Notes under the pieces: model-generated
What the model saw: only the letters and a program-made list of their open reading frames with translations
Told to the model about the DNA's origin: nothing
The model's database searches: none
Program-made: the position numbers and the translations under genes
From: Octopus sinensis
Lineage: Eukaryota
Length of the DNA: 64,000 bases
Assembly: GCF_006345805.1 (NCBI RefSeq)
Contig: NC_043000.1
Coordinates: 47,988,001 to 48,052,000, forward strand
Reading direction: 5' to 3'
Shown: positions 50,357 to 64,000 of the stretch, piece after piece
How positions within the stretch are numbered: position 1 is the first letter of the stretch
Layout of the letters: the number at the start of each line of letters is the position of its first letter

Positions 50357-51654
50357 GACGGGCTTCTTTCAGTTTCAGTCTACCAAATCCACTCACAAGG
50401 CTTTGGTCGGCCCGAGGCTATAGTAGAAGACACTTGCCCAAGGTGCCACACAGTGGGACTGAACCCGGAACCATGTGGTTGGTAAACAAGCTACTTACCA
50501 CACAGCCACTATGTATATACTTTTATTAAAGCTAGCCAATTATGACAAAAACTGTCACTCAGTCTCATGTTCCTTTTTGTTAGCTGGTTGTGATGAAAAC
50601 TGAATTAAAATTGTGATGGTACATGTTATATAGTGTGATGCAATGTTATTCAAATACATGAAAAGCATCCATAATTTATTGGGTGGTTGATTTTCAAAAC
50701 ATAATGGTGTAATATTCGTTACCAGCTTGGTGTTTGGGAGGGTTTTAAATTTACCAAGAGGGTATATACAAATATAATTATTAAAAGATTAAAAAAAAAA
50801 ATACTTGCTTAGAGTGGGAGGGAAAGTCCAGAAATAATTAATTAATTAATTAATTGATAATAACTGATTAATATCGACGTGAGATTGTGAGATCTTTGTA
50901 TTCAGGTACTATTTTTGCCACCTTGTTTTGCACTCATGTGCTCACCTGTGTGTGTATGTATGTATGTATAATATATATATATATACGCAAATGAAGAAAT
51001 GAATAAGGAAAAATGGATTGAATAACATTCTTTTGACCATTTCGCTACAATTGTTTCCACATGTCATTACACCCGTTGTATATTGGTGAGATGATATAAT
51101 TAACATATTGTGCAATCACTATCATCCATCAAAGGTGTAAAATATGTTTCTTCAGGTGAATATTTTGAATAAGTTCTTCAGGCACATAAAAAGCACCCAC
51201 TACACTCACGGAGTGGTTGGCGTTAGGAAGGGCATCCAGCTGTAGAAACATTGCCAGATAAGACTGGAGCCTGGTGCAGCCTTCTGGCTTCCCAGATCCC
51301 CGGTCGAACCGTCCAACCCATGCTAGCATGGAGAACGGACGTTAAACGATGATGATGATATATATATATATGATCAAAATAAGCAACAAGAATGACTCCG
51401 GTAATTTGGTACGATCATTTCGTACTACATCATTTTATTAAATGTTGTAAGTATTACAACAGATTTAAGATGTTGAGTACTCATCAGCCAATTATAGAGG
51501 TTTTCCATTAATACAAAAATTTTCAAATCAAGTAGCAACATTATAGAGAAGGTAGATATATAGACAAAGATGTGGATTTAAATTTTAAGAACATACGAGG
51601 TAGTGGAGTCCCTCCACTGACTGACTAAGATAAATATATATATATTTATTGAAA

Positions 51655-52295
51655 AACACCATCCGAAGACCCGGCAAGACTAGTCAGGCCATAACCCATG
51701 GCCCCTACCTGGGACGTAGTCAGTCCACCTGTGCATACCTTCCTTCTTGTGACACTTGTGAAGACCTGTTGAGGCAAGTGAAAATCAAATCAAAACAAAT
51801 CAAAATAGATGAACATCAATGGAATTTGTATCTTTGTGGTACCAGTGCCGGTGGCACGTGGCACACAATAAAACCATCCGAACGTGGCCGTAGCCAGTAC
51901 CGCATCGACTGGCCTCCGTGCTGTGGGCACGTAACAAGCACCATCCGATCGTGGCCGTTTGCCAGCCTCATCTGGCACCTGTGTCGGTGGCACATAAAAA
52001 CACCATCCGAGCGTGGCCGTCTGCCAGCCTCGTCTGGCACCTGTGTCGGTGGCACATAAAAAACACCATCTGAGTGTGGCCGTTTGCCAGCCTCGTCTGG
52101 CACCTGTGTCGGTGGCACATAAAATCACCCACTACACTCTCGGAGTGGTTGGCGTTAGGAAGGGCATCCAGCTGTAGAAACACTGCCAGATCTGACTGGA
52201 CTGGTGCAGCTTTCGGGCTCCCCAGACCCCAGTTGAACCGTCCAACCCATGCTAGCATGGAAAGCGGACGTTAATGATGATGATGATGATGATGA
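51655..52295 (+). mobile_element. RTE LINE 3' UTR fragment with expanded ~60-bp repeat array and (GAT)n tail
   Basis: Near-identical to 10010-10596, with an additional repeat unit. Confidence 0.88.
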
Positions 52296-52838
52296 TACAT
52301 ATATGTATATCATCATCATCAACAACATCATCATTTATGTCCGTTGTCCATGCTGGGATGGGATGGACGGTTTGACCAGGACCGGCAAGCTGGAAGCCTG
52401 CACCAGACTCCAGTCTGATTTGGTATGGTTTCTACAGCTTGATGCCCTTCCTAGCACCAATCACTTGGAGAGTATAATGGGTGTTTTATACATTCCACTG
52501 GCACAGGGGCCATTTGCATGACACCGGTATCTTCCACTGGTTGATGTGTCTTCCTTTCAAAATTATGTAATGCTAAATGTCTTGGTCATTGACTCCTTGA
52601 GGCCCAACTTTCGAAAGGAGCTCTGCACATGCCACCAGCATCACTCTCTTTGTAGCCCAATGATGAAACAGGTGCATTTTACGTGCCACTGGCACAGGTG
52701 CCGGCCACGTGACACCAGCATCAGCCACAACTACAATTTCACCAGGCTTGACAGGTCCTCCCAAACATAGAATATTGTCAAAGGTCTCAGTCACTAGTCA
52801 TTGCCTCTATGAAGTCCAAAGTTTGAAGGTAGACATAC

Positions 52839-52891
52839 CCTGCAAGAATTTAACCTGCATATACGAAATTCCTTTTTCTTTCTCTTCACTA
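52839..52891 (-). CDS. Candidate 53-bp coding exon (xVKRKKKEFRICRLNSCR or SEEKEKGISYMQVKFLQG); product unknown
   Basis: Strong acceptor TTTTTCAACTCTTCTGCAG| and donor AGG|GTATGT. Two frames are open. Confidence 0.3.
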
Positions 52892-53378
52892 CTGCAGAAG
52901 AGTTGAAAAATTTTAATTAAATCAGAAAAATTAGAAGAAACCTCATAGAATGTTGAATTAATGTAATTTATTTGTCTTGAGTGATGCTGTGCTGATGATT
53001 CTAAATAAGGATGAAATGGCGCTGTACATGATGACTAGACTCGAGAAGATTTAAGAACTTTATATTATATACGAGCAAAAGAAAATTGTAATAAAATATC
53101 CATGCTCTTTACTCTTCAATATAAATTCCGCAACTTAATTAACCTTTATTATAACCTAGATGTAATTGCCTCCCCTACAATGGTAAAATTCAGTAGAAGT
53201 ACACAGTACGTGTTTTGTGTGTGTGTGTGCATGTTTGTATAAGTGTGTGTGACTGTGCATACGTAACTATGTATGTCTGTATGCATATATGCATTTATAT
53301 ATATAAACTTGTATCTATTTATCTCACTCTCTATCTATCTATATATGAATATATATTTATATATATATGTGTATGAAT

Positions 53379-53409
<31 letters not shown>

Positions 53410-54553
53410 CACACACACATATATATATATATATATGATGATATATATATATATATATGTTATTTCATCAGCTGGTCATACAAAAAATACACATCCACTA
53501 TGTCTGTATTTACATACATATTCATAACTCTATAAGTGCTACAAGTATATCAGCCAAACCTAGTGAACACCACCACAGAATCTATGACTCCTCAGCAAGC
53601 AGTGTTGTATCACTAGCCACTTTTAGTCACTGAATTTATTAATATCTATTTAATTTGCTGCGTGAAAATATGTCTGCTAAACCACATGTCTGCATATAAT
53701 CATATCTTCATGTAAGTTTGTACAAGTGAGTGCATATGTGCTAGACAATGTAAGCAAGAGTATTATTTGTACATCCATATCTACTAACTGTTGTATCTAA
53801 ATCTTTTTTTTTTCTCTATATTATGTATTTGTTTCTTTTTGCATCTGATATTTGTTATCGATCTTCTATAATAATGAAGCTGTATTCCTTAATTTGCTGC
53901 TTTTTGTATACACATACGAAGAAGAAATCTTGCGGAACAGACGTTATTATAATGAGATACATTTTATCACCTAAGGAGACACATCTACACCAATGGAAAC
54001 ACCTATACCAAATGCTCAGTAGCCCACCCATGAGGAATTGATACTAGATGGATTGAAACAACTGTGGTGATCAATAAACATTTTTGTATCATCCATCATC
54101 TGTCTCTCTCATAAATTTTTTATATATATATATATAGTTAGATACATATAAATATATGTATGTGTGTATGTATATATGTATGTATATACATATGTATATA
54201 GATATGAGAGAGACCAAGATAGAGGAACAAGCATGACTGTGTGGTAAAAAGTTAGCTTCCCAACCACATGGTTCTGGGTTCAGTCTCATTGCATGGTATC
54301 TTGGGCAAGCATCTTCTGTTATAGCCTGGGGCCAACCAAAGACTTGTGAGTGGATTTGGTAGACAGAAACTGAAAGAAGCATGTCATGTATGTATGTGTG
54401 TATATATACATATACATATATAAATATATATATATATATCACTGTGACTGACCAAGCTATCAGATGTTGCTACACATAGCTGGTCACAAACCGCTTCGCA
54501 TTGTTTTAGCCTTCAAATGACGTCACCTCGCTGGCTAAGTGAGCAGGCTATTA

Positions 54554-54616
<63 letters not shown>

Positions 54617-57600
54617 ATAGTTGAGGACAATCAGTACATTGTTATAATAGAACTCAGTTTCAAATGCCAGAGCTTAGAACTACGATGCATTCTCATCGGC
54701 TATTATGGCAATAAACACTATAAAAAAAGCATTGAATAAAGAAGTTATTCTAATAGGTTGGAAAAATATAAAAGATAAGAAATAAAAAATACCTGCAACC
54801 ATATTCTTACAATACATAGGCATAAAACCTCCTGCGTTCACTTATTATTATATATATGTATTATTTATATGTGTGTATCATCATCATCGTTTACCGTCCG
54901 TTTTCAATGCTGGCATGGGTTGACTGTGGTCTGAAAAACCAGTTGCTGCACCAGACTCCAATCTGATCTTGCACTGTTTCTACAGCTGGGTGTCCTTCCT
55001 AACACCAAACACTCTGAGAGTGTAGTGGGTGCTTTTTCCATGTCACCAGCATAGCAGCATGTCAGATGGGCCTGGCTTCGATCACGTTCAGATAGTGCTT
55101 TTTACATGCCACTGGCATGGGAACCAGTTAGGTGGCACTGGCATCAACCACATTCGGATGGTGCTTTTTATGTGCCACCAGTACAGAAGTAAGTCAGAGA
55201 GCAATGGCCACAGCCATGATTTTGGTTTTACTTGACTCAACAAGTCTTCTCAAGCATATCATATTGCCCAACGCATCATGGGTACTTTTAAATGGGCTGG
55301 ACATACAAATCTGGCATTGAATATGGCTGTGATCTCACTTCAGTTTCCGAGTCTTCTCAATTATTGCATATCTCTAAAGGTCTCGGTCTCCTCTCATTGC
55401 CCACTGTGAGGCCTAATGTTCAAAGGTCAAAGACATTATATACTAGTTGATGAGGTTAGCTGTAACCTGCAACACAACTGAGAGCCACTACAATATCCAC
55501 CTAGATAATATATCCTTTCTCCCTTCCATTGTAGTTAAAGGATTTTGGTATACAAGTCAATAGTGGTATCCTGTTTGTTAAAAGTCTCATTCTAAATAAT
55601 CTTCTAAATTACCCTAATTAATATTTTATAACCTTATACAGCATGATAACATTGTTTAAAAAGTTTTTGAAGGAATTACTTGATTTCTCTTTCTCTAAAT
55701 TAGCTCTACCCTATTGATCTTAGTATGTATAAATACCTTTATATAAATAGCATTTCTAAATAAGTAACAATTAGAAAATATAAATATCATGTAAGGTTTA
55801 ATAATAACAATTTCTTAAACCTATAATATAACCCTTAATTTTATAAAAAGATTAGTTAATAAAATTTTTGTTCCATAACTTAATTATTTCTTTACTCAAC
55901 ATTAAACATCAGTCTTTTATAGATATTTTCATGACAAGTAAACATAATTTTTAGTCTAACATTTGAATTATTAAATTTTTTCTAATAAATTATCTTACCT
56001 ATTGATGTAAATAAGCTAAATATACCATACCATAGTTTTGGTATATAAACCATTTTACCCCTTTTCTATAATGTTCTACAAATGATTATAATTTTTAATT
56101 TTTTTATTTTATTTTAAAACTAGCTCTTATTTATTTATTTACAAAATTACTCTCTATATCATGTATCTCTATAAATTTCATACTCAGCTTGGTATATTCA
56201 CTATTTAAAATAAAAGAAGTATAATTAGACTAAAATTGTAAATAATTAATATATAAATTTTAACATATTCCTTTACCTTAATTTTCCTTTATTTATACCA
56301 ATAAATACCATTTAATAAGTAATTATAAATATATGTTAAGTTAGTATTTAAATATATAAATATGGAACTATTTCTATATTTTCTGTCCCTCTATTGTGTA
56401 AAATTTTTGATATATACTGAAAGAATTCAAAAATATTCTTCTTAGTATTCTTTAGATTAACTCTAAAATGTATCTGTGTATATGCAAATAACATTGTTTT
56501 ATAATAGGTAAATGCACTGCTACTATACGAAAAGATTCTCCCTGTCCCGTAAGCATTGGTCAACAAAATAGCAGCTAACATCTTGTCTGAAGTGTATTCT
56601 TACTGAATCAAATGGCTTTGTTTGAAAGAAATCTTGATTTATGACTATGCAACTTAAATTGTCTATCTATTTTGCCCTATCCATAAATGATACTACACTC
56701 TGTCTTCTCTTAGATTTGATAAACTAGCTTATAAATTAAAACTGACCCCCCCCCCCCCATTAGTAAATCTAAATAACAGAAATAATCAGTGTTAAGCAGT
56801 GTCTTTTTTGAAAAATCTCAGTTACAACTGTGATGTTGTTGGTAAAACATGTTCTTTGTCTTTCTCCTTATCCTCTTGGTGATTTTGGATAAAATTAGAC
56901 AAATGAGTCCTTCGAATTTGACTAAATTCTATATTTTTATGTAGCTGAAGATTGCTCTACATTTTAAATTGATGTAATGTTTGCATTGTTCAATTAAATG
57001 GAGTTGCATGAAACAATCGTACTGCATTACTTCTGGATATCCTTGTTGCTTATTTTGATTATAATCACCTTATTTTAAATTATATGGATAATACCATACT
57101 AAATTCTGGTGTCTTCAACTTAATTACCATATTCATCCGAACCTAAATTTTACTGAACTTATATATATATATATATATACATACATATGTATATAGATAT
57201 ATAATAAATATAATTCACTGAAGATTTCAGCCTACTGCATCTGAGTAGCTCCTGTGCTGGTGGCACATAAAAAGCACTATCCAAACATGATCAACGCCAG
57301 GTCCACCTGACTGGCTCCCGTGCTGGTGGCACGTAAAAAAAGCACCATCCGAACATGGCCAATGCCAGGCCCACCTGACAAGCTATTAAGCTGGTGGCAT
57401 GTAAAAAAGCACCCTCTATACTCTCAGAGTGGTTGGTATCGAGCTGTAAAAACATTGCCAAATCAGATTGGATCCTGGTGCAGCTGCTAGCTCTGCAGAC
57501 TTCAGTCAAATCATCCAACCCATGCTAGCATGGAAAACGGATTTTAAACGATGATGATGATGCATGTTTGATGTACTCTTAGTGTATTTTGTAATAACAC

Positions 57601-58799
57601 AACCATTTTTATTTTTACTTCTTCGCCATTTTAGTCATTGAGAGAAAAATAGCATCCATGACTCTGCCTAAATTTTCCCATGGTTTTCATCACTGATGGG
57701 AGCAAATGAAGAATTTATCCATAAACCAGAGACCTGGCTTAAATGCTTGCAACAGAATGAACTCCATTTAAGTTACCAAAGGATTGTAAATAGTTTCAGT
57801 GGTTAATAGTCCTTGAGACTGTCGCTGTCTCTATGATACAAACAGCCCATTTTAAAGGGATCTAAATGAAGGCCACCCATCAAAATACTGTTTTTATATA
57901 TTTCCCAAATACAAGATTACTTCTTTCAACTATAAGCATAAGGCTTGAAATTTTGGTGGAGAAGCCCAGTCAACAGCATCAGTCCCATTGCTCATTATTA
58001 GCATCACCTTCATCATCATCATCATCATCCTTTAAAATCCGTTTTCCATACTGGCATAGGCTGGAATGTTTGACCAGATCTGGCAAGCTGGAGAGCTGCA
58101 ACAGATTCCCATCTGATTTGATTTGGTTTCTACCACCAACCATTTACAATGTGTACTAGTTGCTTTTACTATGGTACTGGCATGAGCACTTATACATGGC
58201 ACTGTTATGAGTGCTTCCTTCACATGGCACCACCACAAGACTCTTGCAAGCCAATCTTGTTCACCAGGGGATGCAGCCTTAACACTTCTGCTGTCGGGGA
58301 CAGGTCTTCTTGAGTATAGCAAGGCACCAGGTATTTCGGTCCTATGTCATCTCATCTCTGCTGCAACTTATTTTACTCACCTAATAAAGGTGAAAGGCAA
58401 AGTCGATATCAGGGAAATTTGAACTCAGAACATAGAGCTGAAGGAAATGCCACTGACCATTTTGTCCAGCATGCAAATGATTCTTCTAACTTGCCACTTA
58501 AAAACCAGTTTAATAATCCTTTCTACTCTAGGCACAAGGCCTGGATTTTTGTGGGGAGTGGAACAATAAATTACATCAACCCCAGTACTTGACTGGTACT
58601 TCATTTATCAGCTCCAAAAGATGAAAGGCAGAGTTGATCTCAGCAGAATTTGAACTCAGAATGTAGCGTCAGACGAAATACTACTAAGCATTTTGCCTAG
58701 CTCTGACACGTATTTCACTAAATTCTTCATTATAATCCAAATTAATTGAAAGAAAGTCAGTGTATTTTTAACAGAAATATAGATTCCAAACAAAAGGCA

Positions 58800-59210
58800 C
58801 ATGAGTGGCTGAGTAGTACGAAGCTTGCTTCCCAATCTCATGGTTCTGGGTTCCGTACCACTGAATGGAATCTTGGGCGAGTGTCTTCTACTATGGCCTT
58901 GGGACGACCAAAACCTTGTGAGTGGATTTGGTAGACAGAAACTAAAAAAAGCCCATCGTATATATATATATTTATATGTATTTATGTATGTATGTATGTA
59001 TGTAGTTGTGTGTCAGTGTTTGTCCCACAACTATCGCTTGACAACTGATGCTGGTGTGTTTACGTCCCCGTAACTTAGCAGTTCAGCAAAAGAGACCGAT
59101 AGAATAAGTACTAAGCTTACAAAGAATAAGTCCTGGGTTCGATTTGTTCAAGTAAAGGAGGTGCTCCAGCATGGCTGTAGTCAAATGATTGAAACAAGTA
59201 AAAGAATAAA
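58800..59210 (+). mobile_element. SINE family A (older copy)
   Basis: Head, internal TA/TATG tract, 3' half and tail. Confidence 0.75.
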
Positions 59211-59284
59211 AGGATTAGGTCTTCCACCTATGAACCTAGAATGCAAAGCGCCAGAGCAAATAGCATAAGCCAGCTTATCTACTC

Positions 59285-59572
59285 TTGTGTCTGGGGAGAG
59301 TCATCCTCGTTTAGTGCCTTATAATTTAACACACTCACCGGTAAAATTTCCACTTATTTCGTTCTTTATTTGACAGTCAAAACTATTGAAAAGGCTGCTG
59401 CAAGACGCAGCGAAAATTTTAGAAAAATTAAGGAAATAAGTCAAAACTATTGAAAAGGTTGCAAGACGCAACGAAAATTTTAGAAAAATAAAGAAGGAAA
59501 TAAGTGGAAATTTTACCGGTGAGTGTGTTAAATTATAAGGTACTAAAAGAGGATGACTTTCCCCAGACACAA
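59285..59572. mobile_element. Foldback element: 76-bp inverted arms around a ~64-bp tandem duplication
   Basis: Arms are 59285-59360 and 59497-59572 (3 mismatches by eye). Internal units start at 59375 and 59439. Confidence 0.7.
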
Positions 59573-59829
59573 CAGAATATGCTTCAACACACAAACTCAC
59601 ATAAAGAATCTTGCAAACCAAATCCGAAAACGAAATCTTATCTACTGTTTTTCTTCTGTTTTCTTTTTTTAATCTAACCATTGTTGTCAATGGAGATCAA
59701 GGACATCAAATGGGAATATAAAATGGGTCATGGTGTATCTGGTTGTGGTTGATTAGTTCGATATATGCTTGGAAGATTCTGCTACAGATTGGGCGCTGGT
59801 GGTCTCCTCGTACTGAAGTTCAAAGACTT

Positions 59830-60040
59830 AGCACTGGACCTAGGCATTTTGCATTTTCTATGTGTTCCTGCAATCCTTGATAGGAGGTGACACCTCCGTT
59901 GGTGTAGCTTCGCCAAGCAGGGCAGTCCTGTGCTTCGATTTCCCTGGTGTCGTAGTTGATCTCAAAATTTTTCAATGAGTTTTTAAGTGTATCCATGAAG
60001 CACTTTTTCTGTCCACCTGTGTTCACTCACCCGATCTTTC
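59830..60040 (-). mobile_element. RTE LINE 3' coding fragment (degenerate)
   Basis: GGQKKCFMDTLKNSLKNF.I....EIEAQDCPAWR resembles the RTE GGQKKRYKD.LK..L...W...AQDR..WR terminus. Confidence 0.65.
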
Positions 60041-61224
60041 TGCTGTTCTAAATATTCTCTTAATCGATCACCTTGAATGGGTATTTATTTTATTGACCCT
60101 GCAAATTTGATCTCTGCAGGATTTGAACTTGGAATGCAGAGAAAAGGAACAAATATTACAATGCATTCATTTCAATAATCTGCCAGCCAGTTCATCACTC
60201 CATAAAAATTTAGACATGTATGTATGTATGTATGTATGCACGCACGTCCGTCCGTACGTGCGTATGTTTGTGTGTATGTACGTACGTATGTATGCATCTA
60301 CGTACGTGTGTATGTATGTATGTACGTATGTATACATGCATGTATGTAAATGGAAGAGGGGGAGAGAGAAAGAGGAAGAGAGTGAAAGAATTAAGGTAAA
60401 GTATAGAGAGAGAGAGTGAGAGAGAGAGAGAGACAGCAAGAAAGTAGTTATCATTAATTGCGGTTGTGTGTTTGTGTGTTTGCGTGTTATCAAACAAGAA
60501 TCACTGAATAATACAGAATAAATACATACGAACGTATGTCCGTACGTAAATATGCATGCATGTACGTATGTACGTATGTATGTATGTGTAAATATTTCCC
60601 ACCTCAACGTAACTTCGTCTATTCCCTGCAAGAATGGAGAGGCAGACGATAAATCGACAACGACGACGACGTGGTGACGGTGATGATGATTATGATGACA
60701 TTGAGGCGTGGGCATGGCTGTATATTGAATAGGTGTCTCTACTAATAATACTAAAATCTCTTTTTATCCAATTCCGTGAATGCAGAATTTGTTAGAAGGA
60801 AACTGTGCAGAAGCCCTTTGCATTCACACACACACACACACACATATAATGTATGTATGTATGTATATAAGCACACACTTACACACATACGTATACACAG
60901 GCATACACAAACACACGTGTTTGTGTGTGTGTGTGTGTGTGTGTGAATATGTGTATGTTTACAGTCTAACAACCGGTGTTGTTTATGTTTGTGCCCCTTT
61001 ATATTCCATGATTTTAAGATTCCGACAAATAAGATTCGAGGAATAAAAATAAATAAATAAATGAATAAAAATAAATATATAAGTAAACAAGTATCGGGAT
61101 TCGATTTGATCGAAAAAAAAAAAAAAAAGAAAGAACTCTAAGCAGATGTGCCCCAGCATGGGTGCAGTCGAATGGATGAAACAAGTAAAAGAGTAAGATT
61201 ATACACACATACATACATACATAC

Positions 61225-61239
61225 ATCTTACACACATAA

Positions 61240-61310
<71 letters not shown>
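61225..61310. repeat. (AGAT)n tetranucleotide microsatellite
   Basis: Directly visible. Confidence 0.95.
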
Positions 61311-61312
<2 letters not shown>

Positions 61313-61644
61313 GAAAGGGAAAGAAGGAGAAGAAAAATTCAACGGTTATATAGATGAAAAAAAGAAGAGAGGAGAGAGAAAGCGGCGAATATCAAGAAGT
61401 GTGAGATGATGTTTCGCTTTTAGTCTCTCTGAAATTTCTCCCTCTGTCTTCCATACATGTTTACTCATTCAGTTACTCACTTTTTCATTCTGTCTTTCTC
61501 TCCCCCACCACCTCATTCTTTGAATATTACTTTTTCTTTCTGTCTATCTATCGATATATTTATCTTTTTCCATTCTTTCTTTCTAATATTTTGCTTTTGC
61601 ATTCATTCATTCATTCATTCTTTCATTCATTCATACCGTCGTTT

Positions 61645-61745
<101 letters not shown>

Positions 61746-62128
61746 TATTCTTACCGTTTCTCTCTCTCTCTCTCTCTGCCTATGTAAATGTACTCTGTTG
61801 TATGTGTGTGTGTGTGTACGTGTGCTCGCTCAGTGTGTTTGAGTAGATAGAGAGCCTACGCATGCTGGCTTTTTCTATTTCTACACTACATTTCAAGTAA
61901 CACTTTCTCTCAACAGTTGGGATTTACTAAAACAAGAGCCGAACAACTTTGACAGGATAAAAAGGCACAAAAACAACGCAACTTCAACACTAAAACTACC
62001 GTTTTTTACCTCTGCACCAAAAGGATTGTGTTGTCGTTGTTGTTGTTGTCGTAGTCGTCGTCGTCGTCGTCGTCGCTATTATTATTGTTATTTATTATTA
62101 TTTATCATTATTATTATTATTATTATTA

Positions 62129-62177
<49 letters not shown>

Positions 62178-62997
62178 TATATATAATATTATCCCTTTAT
62201 ACCTATCAGAGAAAGTTATTACCATTCGGAATTCTTTCTCCTTGTCACCCCCCACCCATCACGATTAAAGGAAGAATTAATATTAAAAAAAATTACATAT
62301 AACACAGTACACGAAGGAAACAACGTTATATATATATATTATATATATATATATTATATATATGTATATATATATACACACACGTATACACATTATATAC
62401 AAGAGGAATTCATCAATTTAAAAACATTTAAAATTATAAGGTAAGTAACTAAACCATTCTGTACGGAAGAAATATTCTCTAGATTTCAATTCTTTTAAAA
62501 CATGTGATTTTTTTTCTTTTTTAAATACCCCCAACCCATTTTTTTTTCTTTCTTATTATTATTTTTTTTTTTTTTGGTATTTTTTTTTTTTTTGCAGGAT
62601 TAATTTAATATTTTCCTGTCAAATCCCTAACCCGAAAATATATTGTCTTCGTCTATTTGACTTTATTTATTTAAAAAAAAAAAACCCAAAAAAAACAGAG
62701 AAAGATATAGAGAATTTGTATGTATAAAAAAAATTACAGTGTGAAATCCTAAAATATATCTTAACCGTTTCTATCTACTGCAAAAAACAAAAAAAAATAA
62801 CAAAAACAAAAAAAAAAAAAATTACTTTTATAATTGAAAAAAAAAAGAAAAATAATAATAATAATGATAATTCAGATATTTGTCCTCATGAATTTATGCA
62901 ACGTGATATATATATTATTCTTGTTATTGTTATTGTTGTACTTGACCATTCTCCTTATTACTTTCATTGTGACCACAATGACTTTTGTTAGTATATA

Positions 62998-63028
<31 letters not shown>

Positions 63029-64000
63029 TCTTCTCATCCATGTCACACCTTTTTCTTTACAACATCAGGTTAAATAACTTGATGGTATTTTCATTAGTCA
63101 AAATAATAATTATCATTACATATATATCATTATGTGTGTGTGTGTTTGAATGTTGTGATATAACTATTAGTGTGTGTGTGTATGTGTATACAAGTATTAT
63201 ATATCACTATATAATATAATCATATATACATCGTTATACACACACATATATATATACACATACACACACATATATGATGCAGTAAAATTTGGCTGTAGTC
63301 GTTTTACCCCTTCTGTGTTTCTGTTTTTACTCCTCCCCACGCGTCATACCCGATCATATATCTCCATACACACACACACACACACACCACACACACACAC
63401 ACATGTATATGTATGTGTGTGTGTTTGTATGTGTATATGTATGTCTATATAAATTTGTTTGTATTCCAACACACATGTTTAAGAAGACGTTCAGATATGG
63501 ACGAACAGGTGTATGCACATTTGTGTATATAGGCGCGTGTGCGTGCATGTGCGTGTACGTGTGTGTTTGTATGTGTGTGTGTGTGTATATGTGTGTGTGT
63601 ATGCAAAACGATGTAATGAGGACCCGAGACTTTTAGTCCAAGCAGCCAATCAACCACTTATAAACCAACCACACCATAAGAATTTTTACTATCCATCACA
63701 CACACAGACGCCAATTCATTCCACACTTATTTATACGATGTGTGGAACTGAAAAGCATGGGTGCACAAAATGAGAAAGAAAGAAACAGAGAGAAAGGATG
63801 AGAATAAGAGAGAGAGAGAGACATAAACACACACACACACAGAGGAAGAGAAAGATTATGTGAGAGGGGGAGGGAGAAACGAAAGTGAAAGTAGATACAA
63901 ACATACAAACAGAAAACGAGGAAAAGTAAGTGAGCTACAGAAGCAAAACTAAATAAATAAATGTGGACGGGATTTAAATAAAGAAGACAACGAAATACAA

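Noticed and set aside
52985-53050. CTGATGA...GAAA as a hammerhead or C/D snoRNA
   Set aside because: Stem II does not pair and there is no terminal D box or stem.

Overview
This is a repeat-saturated, AT-rich eukaryotic genomic window. It looks most like an octopod cephalopod intron or intergenic region; that is an inference from the SINE, LINE and microsatellite landscape, and no search was run. No host gene could be identified with confidence; only a few short minus-strand exon candidates were found. The window holds at least three tRNA-headed SINE families and a 5'-truncated, frameshifted RTE-clade LINE (7.3-10.6 kb) with a PHD-like finger inserted in its RT, plus many 3' fragments of it. 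It also holds Dong/R4-like ends nested in (TAA)n, mariner elements, a Gypsy gag/protease relic interrupted by a 9-bp-TSD MITE, non-autonomous Helitrons and several other MITEs. The most striking structure is a young Penelope-like element at 38505-40455. It has an open 190-aa GIY-YIG endonuclease ORF with no RT, flanked by 397-bp inverted repeats that look identical by eye. Each repeat carries a complete type I hammerhead ribozyme. A diverged mini-relative at 28470-28800 shows a compensatory change in hammerhead stem III. All alignments and folds were done by eye.
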